This document shows positions 38,365-48,890 of a DNA stretch of 64,000 bases, piece after piece (the stretch's first letter is position 1; each line of letters starts with the position of its first letter). The notes under the pieces were generated by a model. That model ran no database searches. It was given only the letters and a program-made list of their open reading frames with translations, and was not told the DNA's origin. Location of the stretch: NCBI GenBank assembly GCA_949294335.1, contig CASFGO010000011.1, positions 39,670 through 103,669 of the forward strand, written 5' to 3'. The stretch is from an uncultured bacterium. Its GTDB lineage: Bacteria > Cyanobacteriota > Vampirovibrionia > Gastranaerophilales > Gastranaerophilaceae. Position numbers and translations under genes: made by a program.

Positions 38365-39396
38365 TGGTTTATTTTGTTTATTATCACCCTTAGCTACTTC
38401 TGATAAAGGTTTCCAAGGTTTATTTGAACCTAATTTATCAATGGTTGGCCCAATATATTTTTCTATTAATACATGTTCTACAAAATTATCAATAGGTTTC
38501 ATTGCAAGACCTAGAGCAATAAATCCGCCTAATGATTTTAAGGCATTATTCTTAAATAATTTATTACCTTGTGCTTTTTTGATAACATTAAATGCCGCAC
38601 TTTTCTTTTGTTCTAAATTGCCACCTTTAGCAGCTTTTTTAAATGCTTTGAATAATTTTTCAGAAATATTTGTTGGTTTTTTACCTTCAAGTAAAGCTTC
38701 ACGCATATCCATCACATTATCAATTGTTTTAGCAACATATTTTTTGATATTTTCAGTTTTAGGTTTTGCTTCAAATGGTCTTTTTATAAAGTCCATAACC
38801 TTAGCAATTGGTTCAAACATTTTATTATGTGTTTTCTTATGTTTGTCAATTTCTGCAAAATTTTCCATTATATGCTGAGTATATTTAGCTCTATCTACTA
38901 AACCAGTAGCAGCATCAACAAATTTCTCATGAGTTCCTTTGTTCATTGAATCAAGGATTCTATTAGTAATATCTTCTCTATGATTAAATGCTAATTTGTC
39001 TTTTCCTTTAGAAGATATAATATTTGTAAGTTTTTGACCAACTTTTACTGCTGCAGTAGGTAAGAATACACTAGCAAGCATTTGGAATGATAATTGTTTT
39101 CCTGCTCTTTTTTTGCTTGGCTCATGTTCGCCATATTCATTATGTTTATATTTGTCTCCTACATCAGCTGCGATATAGCCGATAGCTGGAATCCATAATA
39201 AATTAGCCAATAAACCACTCATTGGTCTTATAACTTCACCTATTTCGTTTGAATAAGCAAGCCCTCTTAATGGCCATTTCATATATATATCATCTTTGGC
39301 AACTTTTACTTTTTTAGACTCTTTTATTTGTCCAGTTCCTTTTTGAGTACTTCTGAAAGTCTCAAGTCCTTGGAATTTATTATTTATTCCTACCAA
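38353..39396 (-). CDS. Hypothetical Lys-rich protein with hydrophobic segments near both ends
   Basis: TTG start preceded by AAGGAGA with an 8-nt spacer. Hydrophobic segments are LLANLLWIPAIGYIAA and LGGFIALGLAM. No family recognised. Confidence 0.55.
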   Translation of the reverse strand: MVGINNKFQGLETFRSTQKGTGQIKESKKVKVAKDDIYMKWPLRGLAYSNEIGEVIRPMSGLLANLLWIPAIGYIAADVGDKYKHNEYGEHEPSKKRAGKQLSFQMLASVFLPTAAVKVGQKLTNIISSKGKDKLAFNHREDITNRILDSMNKGTHEKFVDAATGLVDRAKYTQHIMENFAEIDKHKKTHNKMFEPIAKVMDFIKRPFEAKPKTENIKKYVAKTIDNVMDMREALLEGKKPTNISEKLFKAFKKAAKGGNLEQKKSAAFNVIKKAQGNKLFKNNALKSLGGFIALGLAMKPIDNFVEHVLIEKYIGPTIDKLGSNKPWKPLSEVAKGDNKQNKPSAA

Positions 39397-39469
39397 CTAT
39401 CCAGTCTCCTTATTTTCTACACACTTATATTATGATAAAAACATGAACAAAAAATAATTTGCTAGTTTT

Positions 39470-39497
39470 TTGTAAAAAAATTTACAAGTTGTATAAT
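39470..39497 (+). promoter_or_regulatory. Candidate sigma-70 promoter placed for a leaderless uvrB transcript
   Basis: TTGTAA (39470-39475), a 16-nt spacer, then TATAAT (39492-39497). The uvrB ATG (39504) begins 7 nt after the -10, and no SD lies between them. Confidence 0.3.
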
Positions 39498-39503
39498 AAT
39501 TTT

Positions 39504-41495
39504 ATGGATAAGAAATTTAAAATACATTCTAAATATAAACCTGCAGGAGATCAACCTAAAGCAATTGAAAAATTAGTTCAAGGGATTAAAAATGGTTATG
39601 ATTCTCAAACTCTTTTAGGGATTACAGGTTCGGGTAAAACATTTACTATTGCTAATGTGATAGAAAAAATTCAAAAACCGACATTAGTAATTGCTCACAA
39701 TAAAACATTAGCAGCACAGTTATACAGTGAGTTAAAAGAATTATTTCCAGAAAATGCAGTCGAATATTTTATAAGTTATTATGATTATTATCAACCAGAA
39801 GCATATATCCCAAGAACTGATACTTATATTGAAAAATCTGCAAGTATAAATGATGAAATAGATAAACTCAGACATAATACAACTAGAAGCTTGTACGAAA
39901 GAAATGATGTAATAGTTGTTGCATCTGTTAGTTGTATATATGGTTTGGGCTTGCCTGAAAATTATTTCAAAGGCTCTGTTGAAATTAATTTAGGAGATGA
40001 AATAGATAGAGACGATTTAATTAAACATTTGGTAAGTGTTCAATATTCAAGAAACGATGTTGCACTAGATAGAGCAATGTTTAGAGTTCGAGGTGATGTC
40101 GTTGAAATCATGCCTGCATACGAAAAAATTATTACAAGAATTTGCTTCTTTGGCGATGAAGTAGAAAAAATTGTAAGAATAGATCCTGTATCAGGCGAAA
40201 TACTTGAAACTCCAGATAAGGTTGTAATATACCCAGCTGTTCACTACCTTTCTGACGATGATAATGTTGATGAAACGCTTGCTATAATTAGACAGGAGTT
40301 AAAAAATAGAGTTGCAGAATTAGAAAATGAAAACAAAATACTAGAATCACAAAGATTACAACAAAGAGTTAAATATGATATCGAAATGATAAAAGAAATG
40401 GGATACTGTTCAGGGATTGAAAATTATTCAAGAATAATAGAACGCCGTCCTGAAGGAACACCTCCTGCAACATTATTAGATTATTTTCAAGGTGATTTTT
40501 TAACTGTAATAGATGAATCCCATGTTACGATTCCTCAATTAAGAGGAATGTATCATGGAGATAGAGCAAGGAAAAATGTACTTGTAGATTATGGTTTTAG
40601 ACTCCCTTGTGCAAAGGATAACAGACCATTAAAAGATGAAGAATTTTTTGAAAGAGTTCATCAAAAAATATATATATCCGCAACTCCTGCAGAATTTGAA
40701 ACATCAACATCGCAACAATTAGTTGAACAAATCATCAGACCTACAGGACTTGTAGATCCTAAAATTAGTGTAAGACCTATTGATACTCAAATTAATGATT
40801 TGATTACTGAAATAAATAAACGAGTTGACAGGCATGAGAGGGTTTTAATCACAACATTAACAAAGAAAATGGCAGAAGAACTTTGCGATTATTTCTTACA
40901 ACAAGATATAAAAGTAAGATACTTGCATAGTGATATAAAATCAATTGAACGCGTTGAAATCCTAAGAGATTTAAGACTAGGAGAGTTTGATGTCTTAATC
41001 GGTGTAAACCTATTAAGAGAAGGCTTGGATATTCCAGAAGTTTCATTAGTTGCGATAATGGATGCTGATAAAGAAGGATTCTTACGTTCTGATACAAGTT
41101 TAATTCAAACAATTGGTCGTGCCGCTCGTAATGCTTGTGGTGAAGTTATAATGTATGCAGATAAAATTACAGGCTCTATGCAACGTGCAATCGATGAAAC
41201 AAATAGACGTCGTGAAGTTCAAATTGCATATAATACAAAATATGGAATTATTCCTAAGACTATCAAGAAACCAATTGAAAATAACTTGTTATCTCTAGTT
41301 GCAAGTTACAGAGATTTAGAAGATATTATTGCAGAAGAAATGGTCGATTTGAATATCGATAAAAAAGATTTACCTAAATTAATCGATAAATTAGAAAAAG
41401 ATATGCATAAAGCTGCAAAAATTCTAGACTTTGAACGAGCTGCTGAAATCCGTGACCAACTCAAAAAACTACGAGAAATGCTAAAAACAAAATAA
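39504..41495 (+). CDS. uvrB: Excinuclease ABC subunit B
   Basis: [21 protein letters not shown] aligns with canonical UvrB N-termini. Walker [13 protein letters not shown], the beta-hairpin region and a C-terminal UVR domain ([11 protein letters not shown]) are present. Start moved from the track's TTG 39459 to ATG 39504. Confidence 0.95.
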   Translation: MDKKFKIHSKYKPAGDQPKAIEKLVQGIKNGYDSQTLLGITGSGKTFTIANVIEKIQKPTLVIAHNKTLAAQLYSELKELFPENAVEYFISYYDYYQPEAYIPRTDTYIEKSASINDEIDKLRHNTTRSLYERNDVIVVASVSCIYGLGLPENYFKGSVEINLGDEIDRDDLIKHLVSVQYSRNDVALDRAMFRVRGDVVEIMPAYEKIITRICFFGDEVEKIVRIDPVSGEILETPDKVVIYPAVHYLSDDDNVDETLAIIRQELKNRVAELENENKILESQRLQQRVKYDIEMIKEMGYCSGIENYSRIIERRPEGTPPATLLDYFQGDFLTVIDESHVTIPQLRGMYHGDRARKNVLVDYGFRLPCAKDNRPLKDEEFFERVHQKIYISATPAEFETSTSQQLVEQIIRPTGLVDPKISVRPIDTQINDLITEINKRVDRHERVLITTLTKKMAEELCDYFLQQDIKVRYLHSDIKSIERVEILRDLRLGEFDVLIGVNLLREGLDIPEVSLVAIMDADKEGFLRSDTSLIQTIGRAARNACGEVIMYADKITGSMQRAIDETNRRREVQIAYNTKYGIIPKTIKKPIENNLLSLVASYRDLEDIIAEEMVDLNIDKKDLPKLIDKLEKDMHKAAKILDFERAAEIRDQLKKLREMLKTK

Positions 41496-41509
41496 GAATA
41501 GATATATTT

Positions 41510-42289
41510 CTATTTTTTTCTATTTTTATTAATAAAAAATTGACGCATATCTTCTGATATTCCAACATGTTGAATCATCATATTATATCGTTTTACATTT
41601 GCAATATTATCGGTTTCATCCAATAAATTTCTACTTGGTTTATTTGGCTGATTATCTTCATAACTTTCAAAATCATCTTGAGTATCAATCTTAGAAATAA
41701 TCATATCAATATCAGAATCAGTCATTATAGAAAATTGTTGTCCTATAGCTCTTACTTCTGTCGCAGCTGGTAATCTATATAACCATTGAACAGAATATTT
41801 ATCGTTATGAGATAATGATACAACTCCATATTTATGAGGAGTATACATAATATCAGTATCATAAGGACTATGCCCTAAACCAATAGAATGACCTATTTCA
41901 TGAAGAATTGTATGATAAACTTCTTCATTAGAATTATATTTTTCATGAATCAATCCATCAGTTAAACCAATTGAAACTTCTGCACCATATAATCTTTTAT
42001 AATTATCATAATTGTATGTACAATGTCCTAATGCGCTTCTATCAACTCTTTTCCAATCAACATTAATTTGGGATTCAAGCAAAGTATTAACAAGATTGAA
42101 TTGTACAAGCCCTTCACTGGCATTTTCCCATTCTTCAAGAGCATCTACAACCATTTTTCTATATACTAAATCTTCGCCTTGTTTTGAATAAAATTTCATA
42201 GGCGCAATATATACATTTATAGGCATTTTATGCCATTTTAAAAGATACCCGTTTTTTACACTTTCGTTAAGATATGTTTTGTTTTTCAT
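41510..42289 (-). CDS. Matrixin-like (metzincin, M10-type) zinc metalloprotease without a recognisable signal peptide
   Basis: HTILHEIGHSIGLGHS is the HExxHxxGxxH motif, with a downstream IMY (Met-turn candidate). Start moved to MKNKTYL (ATG 42289-42287). The track's extension is antisense to ybaB. Confidence 0.7.
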   Translation of the reverse strand: MKNKTYLNESVKNGYLLKWHKMPINVYIAPMKFYSKQGEDLVYRKMVVDALEEWENASEGLVQFNLVNTLLESQINVDWKRVDRSALGHCTYNYDNYKRLYGAEVSIGLTDGLIHEKYNSNEEVYHTILHEIGHSIGLGHSPYDTDIMYTPHKYGVVSLSHNDKYSVQWLYRLPAATEVRAIGQQFSIMTDSDIDMIISKIDTQDDFESYEDNQPNKPSRNLLDETDNIANVKRYNMMIQHVGISEDMRQFFINKNRKK

Positions 42290-42332
42290 AATATTTATTG
42301 TATAATAAAAAATACTCAGGAGGTAATTTGTT

Positions 42333-42665
42333 ATGAACATGATGCAAATGATGCAACAAGCACAAAACATACAAAAAAGATTAAAAAGTGTACAAGAAGA
42401 ATTAGCATCTGCTGAAATCAATGGAGAAGCAGCAGGAGGAGCAGTAAAAGTTACTTGTGATGGACAAGGGAAATTTAAATCAATTAAATTATCTAAAGAA
42501 TTACTAAATCCTGAAAATCCTGAATCTGTAGATGATGATACATTAGAAACTTTAGAAGATTTAATTACAACTGCAATTTTACAAACAAGCGAAAAAGCTT
42601 CTAAAGAAATGGAAACTAAATTAAAAGCTGTAACTGGCGGTATTAGTATTCCAGGGCTTTGCTAA
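42333..42665 (+). CDS. ybaB: Nucleoid-associated protein YbaB/EbfC
   Basis: [24 protein letters not shown]...[19 protein letters not shown] is the family pattern. AGGAGG SD. Immediately upstream of recR. Confidence 0.9.
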   Translation: MNMMQMMQQAQNIQKRLKSVQEELASAEINGEAAGGAVKVTCDGQGKFKSIKLSKELLNPENPESVDDDTLETLEDLITTAILQTSEKASKEMETKLKAVTGGISIPGLC

Positions 42666-43261
42666 TGATATATCCTAAAGCAATCGCAGCTTTAATAGAA
42701 CAATTTCAAAAGCTTCCGTCAATTGGACCTAAATCAGCTCAAAGAATGGCTTTTCATATATTAAAAATGCCTATGAGCGAAGTTCAAAAATTTGCGGAAG
42801 CTCTTGTTGTTGCAAAAGAACAAACAAAAGCTTGTGAAATTTGTTTCAATCTATCAACATCAAGTCCTTGTGAAATTTGTTCTTCTTCAAGCAGAAATAA
42901 ATCTGTTATATGCGTCGTTGCAGAAACTAAAGATTTAATTGCTATTGAAAAAACAAATGAATACAACGGACTATATCATGTTTTACAAGGATTAATTTCT
43001 CCAATGGATGGAATTGGTGCTGATGATATTAGAATTAAAGAACTACTAACAAGATTAACAGATGATAGAGTTCAAGAAGTTATACTCGCACTATCACCAT
43101 CGGTAGAAGGAGAAGCTACAAGTTTATACCTCACTAAACTAATTAAACCTTTTGGTATTAAAATATCAAGAATTGCTTTTGGTTTGCCTGTTGGTGCAGA
43201 TTTAGAATATGCCGATGAGGTTACCCTTGCTAAGGCAATTGAAGGAAGAAGAGAATTATAG
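42665..43261 (+). CDS. recR: Recombination protein RecR
   Basis: [18 protein letters not shown] (HhH), a C4 zinc finger ([16 protein letters not shown]) and a Toprim segment. Start set at ATG 42665 (TAATG overlap with ybaB), giving [14 protein letters not shown], like other RecR N-termini. Confidence 0.95.
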   Translation: MIYPKAIAALIEQFQKLPSIGPKSAQRMAFHILKMPMSEVQKFAEALVVAKEQTKACEICFNLSTSSPCEICSSSSRNKSVICVVAETKDLIAIEKTNEYNGLYHVLQGLISPMDGIGADDIRIKELLTRLTDDRVQEVILALSPSVEGEATSLYLTKLIKPFGIKISRIAFGLPVGADLEYADEVTLAKAIEGRREL

Positions 43262-43276
43262 TTTAATTATATTAAT

Positions 43277-44224
43277 ATGTCTGAAAATATTTTAGAAATA
43301 AAAAACTTAAATGTTACTTATACTTCATCAAACCTTGGACAAAAAACAAGTATAAAAGCTGTTGATAATTTTTCTTTATCTATAAATAAAGGTGAAATTT
43401 TTGCTATTGCCGGAGAATCAGGTTGTGGTAAATCAACATTATCAAAAACAATAATTAAACTTGTTAAACCAGAATCTGGAGAAATTTTTTATAATAAAAA
43501 TAATATTCTTAAACTAAATAAAATACAAACTAAACAATTTACTCCAAAAGTTCAAATGATTTTTCAAAACCCATATGCAAGCTTAAATCCCAAAATGAAA
43601 ATCAAAGACATTCTTGCAGAGCCTTTAATTATTAATACAAGTTTGAAAAAAGACGAAATAAACAAAATAGTAATAGAAAAAATAATACAAGTCGGACTTT
43701 CAGAATACCATTTATCGCTTTATCCTCACGAATTTTCCGGAGGACAAAGACAAAGGATTGCAATAGCCAGAGCACTAATGCTAAATCCTGAATTTATTAT
43801 TGCAGATGAACCTGTAAGTGCATTAGATGCCAGTATTCAAGCACAAGTTATTAACCTAATAAAAGAATTACAAAATAAACATAATATTACAATATTATTT
43901 ATTTCTCACGACTTAAATGTAATTCGTTATATTGCAGACAGAGTGGGTATCATGTATTTAGGAGAATTAGTAGAAATTGGAACAAAAGAGGAAATTTTTA
44001 ATAACCCGCAACACCCATACACTAAACTACTATTAGATTCTATTCCTAATATTAATAAAACACCTAAAAAAGTCGATTTATCAGAAATATCTTTTGATAA
44101 CACAAATAATTGCAAATTTTACGAAAGATGTAAATATAAAACTCAAAATTGCTTAGAAAAGAAACCTGAGTACAAAATTATAACAAATACGCATAAAGTT
44201 TTATGTAACTGTTATAATTCATAG
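43277..44224 (+). CDS. Oligopeptide/dipeptide-type ABC transporter ATP-binding protein (OppF/DppF-like), orphan in this window
   Basis: Walker A GESGCGKST, signature FSGGQRQR, Walker B IIADEP, the oligo_HPY region NPQHPYTKLLLDSIP and a Cys-rich tail (CKFYERCKYKTQNC). Confidence 0.85.
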   Translation: MSENILEIKNLNVTYTSSNLGQKTSIKAVDNFSLSINKGEIFAIAGESGCGKSTLSKTIIKLVKPESGEIFYNKNNILKLNKIQTKQFTPKVQMIFQNPYASLNPKMKIKDILAEPLIINTSLKKDEINKIVIEKIIQVGLSEYHLSLYPHEFSGGQRQRIAIARALMLNPEFIIADEPVSALDASIQAQVINLIKELQNKHNITILFISHDLNVIRYIADRVGIMYLGELVEIGTKEEIFNNPQHPYTKLLLDSIPNINKTPKKVDLSEISFDNTNNCKFYERCKYKTQNCLEKKPEYKIITNTHKVLCNCYNS

Positions 44225-44763
44225 CTTTCACTTTTGTTTAAAATCCTATTATCTCTCCAGTAACTATTATATGTTCTTGCATCTCTTATAATTTTCAACC
44301 ACATATTATAATTTTCTTTAAAACGAACCTTATTCCTATCAATATATTGAATAGTCATTAATCCTTCTGCAGCTTTTGTTGTCCTAAATATTTCAGATTG
44401 AGCAGGGATTTTATTATAAGAACTTGTTGACCTAACAGCTATTGCATCAATACTTGAATAAACAAGATAGCTATATCTACCTGTAGGATTTTGACGTTGT
44501 AATTGAGCAGTTAAAATATCTGATAATTGACCTGCAGAATATGTATAATCTTTATAAGAGTGAACAATTACAGTTTGTGTCCATTTATTATAACTTTCAC
44601 CATTTGGAACATATTGTAATATTGCTTCTGTTCCAATATTTCTGTAAAAAGCAACATCCCACTTTGTTTTTTTAGGAAAGTCTATAATAATTGTTTCATA
44701 TGCAAGCGCAGTAAGTGAGATAAAAAAAGATAAAATTATACTAAATAAAAGGACTTTTTTCAT
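44212..44763 (-). CDS. Hypothetical secreted protein
   Basis: Signal peptide MKKVLLFSIILSFFISLTALA. Start set at ATG 44763, preceded by GGAGA with a 6-nt spacer. No family recognised. Confidence 0.5.
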   Translation of the reverse strand: MKKVLLFSIILSFFISLTALAYETIIIDFPKKTKWDVAFYRNIGTEAILQYVPNGESYNKWTQTVIVHSYKDYTYSAGQLSDILTAQLQRQNPTGRYSYLVYSSIDAIAVRSTSSYNKIPAQSEIFRTTKAAEGLMTIQYIDRNKVRFKENYNMWLKIIRDARTYNSYWRDNRILNKSESYEL

Positions 44764-45403
44764 TTGCAATCTCCACATCAATTCCTAAAATTTCTTTAAA
44801 TCTTTTAAGAACCAATATTTCACTTTCAAAATGACCAATATCAAAAACAACTTTACTTGTTTCAACTGCTGTATGATATTTTAAATCTCCTGTCACAAAA
44901 GCATCAGCATCTGTACATTCAATAAAATCAGCTCCTGAACCTGCACAAAAATCTATTTTGTTTATATGTTCAGCAGAATTATTATTAATTAATCTTACAT
45001 TTTTAGATATTCGGTCCAATTTTTTTCTGAAATCATTTACACTTATATCTGTTTGAACTCTTCTTACAAAATCATTAATAAATTCTATATCATTATAACC
45101 TAACTCTTGTATAAGTGTTTCTGTAGTTCCACCTTTAGCTTTATCCATTGGGGTATGAGATGCATAAATATTAATGTCTTTATATTTTAATGGAACAGTA
45201 AACATTGGATGATGTGATATTATAATATCACATCCTCTCTGCTTTGCTTGATTTACAATATCATCAGTAATAGTTAATGCTAACATTACTTTATTAACTT
45301 CTGAATTTTTAGTATCAACAATCCAACCAGAACAATCCCAATCTTCTTGAGTTTCTAAAGGTGCAATTTTTTCTATCTTTGATACTAATTCATACTTATT
45401 CAA
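44741..45403 (-). CDS. Nif3-family dinuclear-metal-centre protein (short form)
   Basis: EDWDCSGW...ALTITDD...IISHHP and the C-terminal GDLKYH...GHFESE match Nif3/YqfO conserved motifs. 220 aa. Confidence 0.8.
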   Translation of the reverse strand: MNKYELVSKIEKIAPLETQEDWDCSGWIVDTKNSEVNKVMLALTITDDIVNQAKQRGCDIIISHHPMFTVPLKYKDINIYASHTPMDKAKGGTTETLIQELGYNDIEFINDFVRRVQTDISVNDFRKKLDRISKNVRLINNNSAEHINKIDFCAGSGADFIECTDADAFVTGDLKYHTAVETSKVVFDIGHFESEILVLKRFKEILGIDVEIANEKSPFI

Positions 45404-46592
45404 AAATTTTCTCCAAAATTTTATGTGCGATATTCAGTTTTGAATCTTTCTCTATATGTTCGATATTTAAATTATTATCTAATATATAAACTTCATTTTC
45501 ATCACTTGAAAAACCGATATCTTTTCTTGAGATATCATTTGCTATTAAGTAATCACAACCTTTATTTTTAATTTTGATTTTAGCATTTTCTAGTAAATTT
45601 TCACTTTCTGCGCAGAAACCAACAATTTTTGTTGTATTTTTTTCTGCCGAAATTTTCTTTAATATATCAGGATTTTTTACTAACTGAATTACTATTTCAT
45701 CATCAGAAGTCTTTTTCATCTTCTGTTCTCTATAATCTTTTACTCTATAATCCGCAACTGCAGCAGCCATAATTATACAATCCACATTGTTATTATATTT
45801 AGTTACTTCTTTTTCCATATCAATTGTAGATTGAACTTTTTCAACATTATATGGCTTTTCAATACTAAAGGTTGAAACCAAAGTAACATCAGCCCCCATA
45901 TGATATGCAACATCAGCTAGGGCAACTCCCATCTTCCCTGATGAAAAATTTGAAATATATCTTACTGGATCTATCTTTTCTAGAGTTCCACCTGCTGTAA
46001 TAACTATTTTTTTATTTTGCAACTTTTTATTGTTATTTAAAACTTCAATTGTTTTATCAAATATTGTCTCCAACTTACATAGTCTTCCAACACCTTCTGT
46101 TCCACACGCAAGAAAACCTGATTCTGGATTACATATATAATAATTGTTATCAGATAATTTCTGCAAATTTTCTTGAACAAATTTATTATTCCACATATTT
46201 GTATTCATTGCCGGTGCTATAATTATAGGTTTATTAAATGCACAAACTGTTGAAGTTAAAAGATTATCACATATGCCGTTCGCTATTTTAGAAATAGTAT
46301 TTGCTGTTGCCGGAGCTAAAACCAATATATCTGCTTCATCACATAATGAAATATGTTCTGGTTTATATTCTTTTATATCAAAATTTTCAACAAACACTTC
46401 ATTTTGAGAAAGAGATTCCAATGTTAATCGAGTTACTAAATTCAAAGCATTTGGAGTAAGCATAACTCTAACATTTGCACCTACCCTTTTATACATTCTT
46501 ACAAGTTCACAAATCTTGTATGCAGCAATACCTGCTGATATGCCTATTAATATCGTTTTACCTTTTAACACTTTATACTCCAATAATTTCAA
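45396..46592 (-). CDS. coaBC: Bifunctional phosphopantothenoylcysteine decarboxylase / phosphopantothenate-cysteine ligase
   Basis: Flavoprotein N-domain (ILIGISAGIAAYK...PAMNTNMW) and CoaB domain (ITAGGTLEKIDPVRYISNFSSGKMG...AAAVADY). Confidence 0.9.
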   Translation of the reverse strand: MKLLEYKVLKGKTILIGISAGIAAYKICELVRMYKRVGANVRVMLTPNALNLVTRLTLESLSQNEVFVENFDIKEYKPEHISLCDEADILVLAPATANTISKIANGICDNLLTSTVCAFNKPIIIAPAMNTNMWNNKFVQENLQKLSDNNYYICNPESGFLACGTEGVGRLCKLETIFDKTIEVLNNNKKLQNKKIVITAGGTLEKIDPVRYISNFSSGKMGVALADVAYHMGADVTLVSTFSIEKPYNVEKVQSTIDMEKEVTKYNNNVDCIIMAAAVADYRVKDYREQKMKKTSDDEIVIQLVKNPDILKKISAEKNTTKIVGFCAESENLLENAKIKIKNKGCDYLIANDISRKDIGFSSDENEVYILDNNLNIEHIEKDSKLNIAHKILEKIFE

Positions 46593-47133
46593 TAATTTTG
46601 TTTACTGCATTTTCAACAGCATCATTTATGACGATATAATCATATTTTTTTGAGTTTTCCATTTCTAACTTCACAAAATTAAGACGTTTTTGAATAGCTT
46701 CCTCAGTTTCAGTGTGACGTCCTCTTAATCTTGCTTCTAATTCTTCAATAGATGGTGGCGCAATGAAGATTAAAATAGCCTCAGGCATTTTAGCTTTTAC
46801 TTGTAATGCTCCTTGTGTTTCTATTTCTAACAATACATTCTGATTATTATTTAAACACTTTTTTATATATGATTTTCTTGTACCATAAAAATTTTCAGAA
46901 AACTCTGCCCACTCAAGAAAATCATCATTAGCAATACTCTCTTTAAATTCTTCCTTAGATAGAAAGAAATAATTTACTCCATGCTCTTCTCCAGGACGAG
47001 GTTTTCTTGTTGTACAAGAAACTGATAAATTAATATTTGAGCACTTTTCTAAAAGGGATTTTATAACTGTTCCCTTACCAACTCCAGATGAACCTGATAT
47101 AACTAGTAATTTTGTTTTGCTATTTGTACTCAT
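46573..47133 (-). CDS. gmk: Guanylate kinase
   Basis: P-loop SGSSGVGKGT, then TTRKPRPGEEHGVNYFF and EIETQG. Confidence 0.95.
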   Translation of the reverse strand: MSTNSKTKLLVISGSSGVGKGTVIKSLLEKCSNINLSVSCTTRKPRPGEEHGVNYFFLSKEEFKESIANDDFLEWAEFSENFYGTRKSYIKKCLNNNQNVLLEIETQGALQVKAKMPEAILIFIAPPSIEELEARLRGRHTETEEAIQKRLNFVKLEMENSKKYDYIVINDAVENAVNKIIEIIGV

Positions 47134-47144
47134 TTGTTTGAATT

Positions 47145-48803
47145 TTAGCTAAAACTAGGAGTTTTTTCAAGTGCATCTTGTTTTTGTTTATTTAATCTTT
47201 CTATAGTTTTTGCCGTAATAAAAGGCAAATCCATTTTATCAGTAAATATTTCTATATAACAAAGCTTATCTTGATATTCTGCTAATTTTAATGCTGTATC
47301 AAATTCTTTATCCGTACTAGCTTGTGCAGTCCATACATCTCCTGCAAACAATTCAGGAAGCTTTGAATAATTCCAATCAGAAATATTATTAAACTCATCT
47401 TCAGGATCATTAGATAAAATTCTTTCAATTGTATAGCCTGAATTATTTAAAACAATCACTATAGGCTTTACACCTTGTCTCATCATATTACCAATTTCAG
47501 TAGCTGTTAATTGATGAGAGCCTTCACCTGTAAATAATACAACCCTTCTTGCTTTATCAGCTAAACAACCTCCTAATGTTGCAGGTGTTGCCCAACCTAT
47601 AGAACCCCATAGAGTTTGAGTATTTGCTATTATGTTTGAAGGTAATTTCATTCCTGAGAATCCATGCATTATTATACCTGTTTCAATAAACAACAAATCA
47701 TTTGGTTTAAAAAATTCTTGTAATCTTGGATATATATATTCAGATGTTAATTTTTCTCCTTTTAACTCTGACTTTTTATATCCAATATCAGATACATATA
47801 TTTCATTTTCTCTAGGTTTGACAAATTCAATCAAACCTCTTAAAACATCTTCCATCATTATATTGTCATATTTCTTATTATTAATGATTGAATATGTTCC
47901 ATAAATCGCAATATGGTCATCTGGCTTGTATGGTAAAGAAAAACCGAATGTGTTTAAATCACTATATATTGGTCCAACAGATATTGCACAATCCGTTTCT
48001 GTTAAATATTTACAAGCAGTGTCATTACCAAAAGCACTTATATACGTACCTAAATAATTCTTTTTACTAAAATCAATAATACCTGTTCCCATTAAGAAAT
48101 TACTTGTTGGAATATTAGATTCTTCTGCAAAATTTCTATACAATTCTTCGCATTGATATCTTTTTATTAATGTATCCCCAATTATTACAGGAGATTTTGC
48201 AGAATTAATCATATCTGAAGCTGAATTTAAAAATTCTTTTAAAACTATTTCATCACTTTTAATTTCAGTAAGAGATACTTCTCCTTCAATTTCCATTAAA
48301 GCAATATCCATTGGGATAGCAAGATAAACAGGTCTTTTTGTTCTTCTAAATATTTCAATAATTCTATCAATTTCTTTTTTAGCATTATCCTTTGTTAAAT
48401 AAGCAGTTGTTTCAACAACAGGTTCAAATGCTTTTTGAAACGCATAATAATTTGGATTTTGAAAATTATGATGTAACAAAACATTATTTTCTATATGATT
48501 AGTTGCAGGAACTCCTACAATATGAATTACAGGAATATTTTCAGCAAAACTTCCTGCAATAGCATTCATAGCACTTAACTCTCCTACCCCATATGTTGTT
48601 ACAACAGCACCATAGCCTTTTACTCTTGCATATCCGTCTGCTGCATAACCTGCATTCAACTCATTTGTACATCCAATCCATGATGCATCTTCGTTATCTT
48701 CAATTGCATACAAGATATCAAAATTATAATCACCAGGCAATCCAAAATATTCAGTTACCCCAAGTTTTACTAATACTTCAATTAAATAATCTGCTACTTT
48801 CAT
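47145..48803 (-). CDS. Thiamine-diphosphate-dependent 2-keto-acid decarboxylase (indolepyruvate/phenylpyruvate/pyruvate decarboxylase family)
   Basis: GLPGDYN, NELNAGYAADGYAR, the HH pair in VLLHHNF, and the ThDP motif GSIGWA...GEGSHQLT...NNSGYTIE. The substrate cannot be assigned from sequence alone. Confidence 0.85.
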   Translation of the reverse strand: MKVADYLIEVLVKLGVTEYFGLPGDYNFDILYAIEDNEDASWIGCTNELNAGYAADGYARVKGYGAVVTTYGVGELSAMNAIAGSFAENIPVIHIVGVPATNHIENNVLLHHNFQNPNYYAFQKAFEPVVETTAYLTKDNAKKEIDRIIEIFRRTKRPVYLAIPMDIALMEIEGEVSLTEIKSDEIVLKEFLNSASDMINSAKSPVIIGDTLIKRYQCEELYRNFAEESNIPTSNFLMGTGIIDFSKKNYLGTYISAFGNDTACKYLTETDCAISVGPIYSDLNTFGFSLPYKPDDHIAIYGTYSIINNKKYDNIMMEDVLRGLIEFVKPRENEIYVSDIGYKKSELKGEKLTSEYIYPRLQEFFKPNDLLFIETGIIMHGFSGMKLPSNIIANTQTLWGSIGWATPATLGGCLADKARRVVLFTGEGSHQLTATEIGNMMRQGVKPIVIVLNNSGYTIERILSNDPEDEFNNISDWNYSKLPELFAGDVWTAQASTDKEFDTALKLAEYQDKLCYIEIFTDKMDLPFITAKTIERLNKQKQDALEKTPSFS

Positions 48804-48890
48804 ATTTTCATATTAACACAATGGTAATATGCATTTATATTATCTTAATATCTTATTATAATTCTTTAATATTTTTGATAGAATATAAGA

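Noticed and set aside
41497-41519. A hairpin AATAGA-tatatt-TCTATT plus T-run as a uvrB terminator
   Set aside because: The stem is only 6 bp with a single G:C pair (otherwise A/T), and it overlaps the 3' coding end of the convergent metalloprotease gene. It is not convincing as an intrinsic terminator.
41510-42421. The long form of the metalloprotease ORF, with a Cys-rich N-terminus ([20 protein letters not shown])
   Set aside because: The extra 44 codons are the antisense of the ybaB 5' coding region and its SD, and mirror its MMQMMQQ codons. An internal ATG at 42289 gives a sensible start, so the extension is treated as a shadow-frame artefact.
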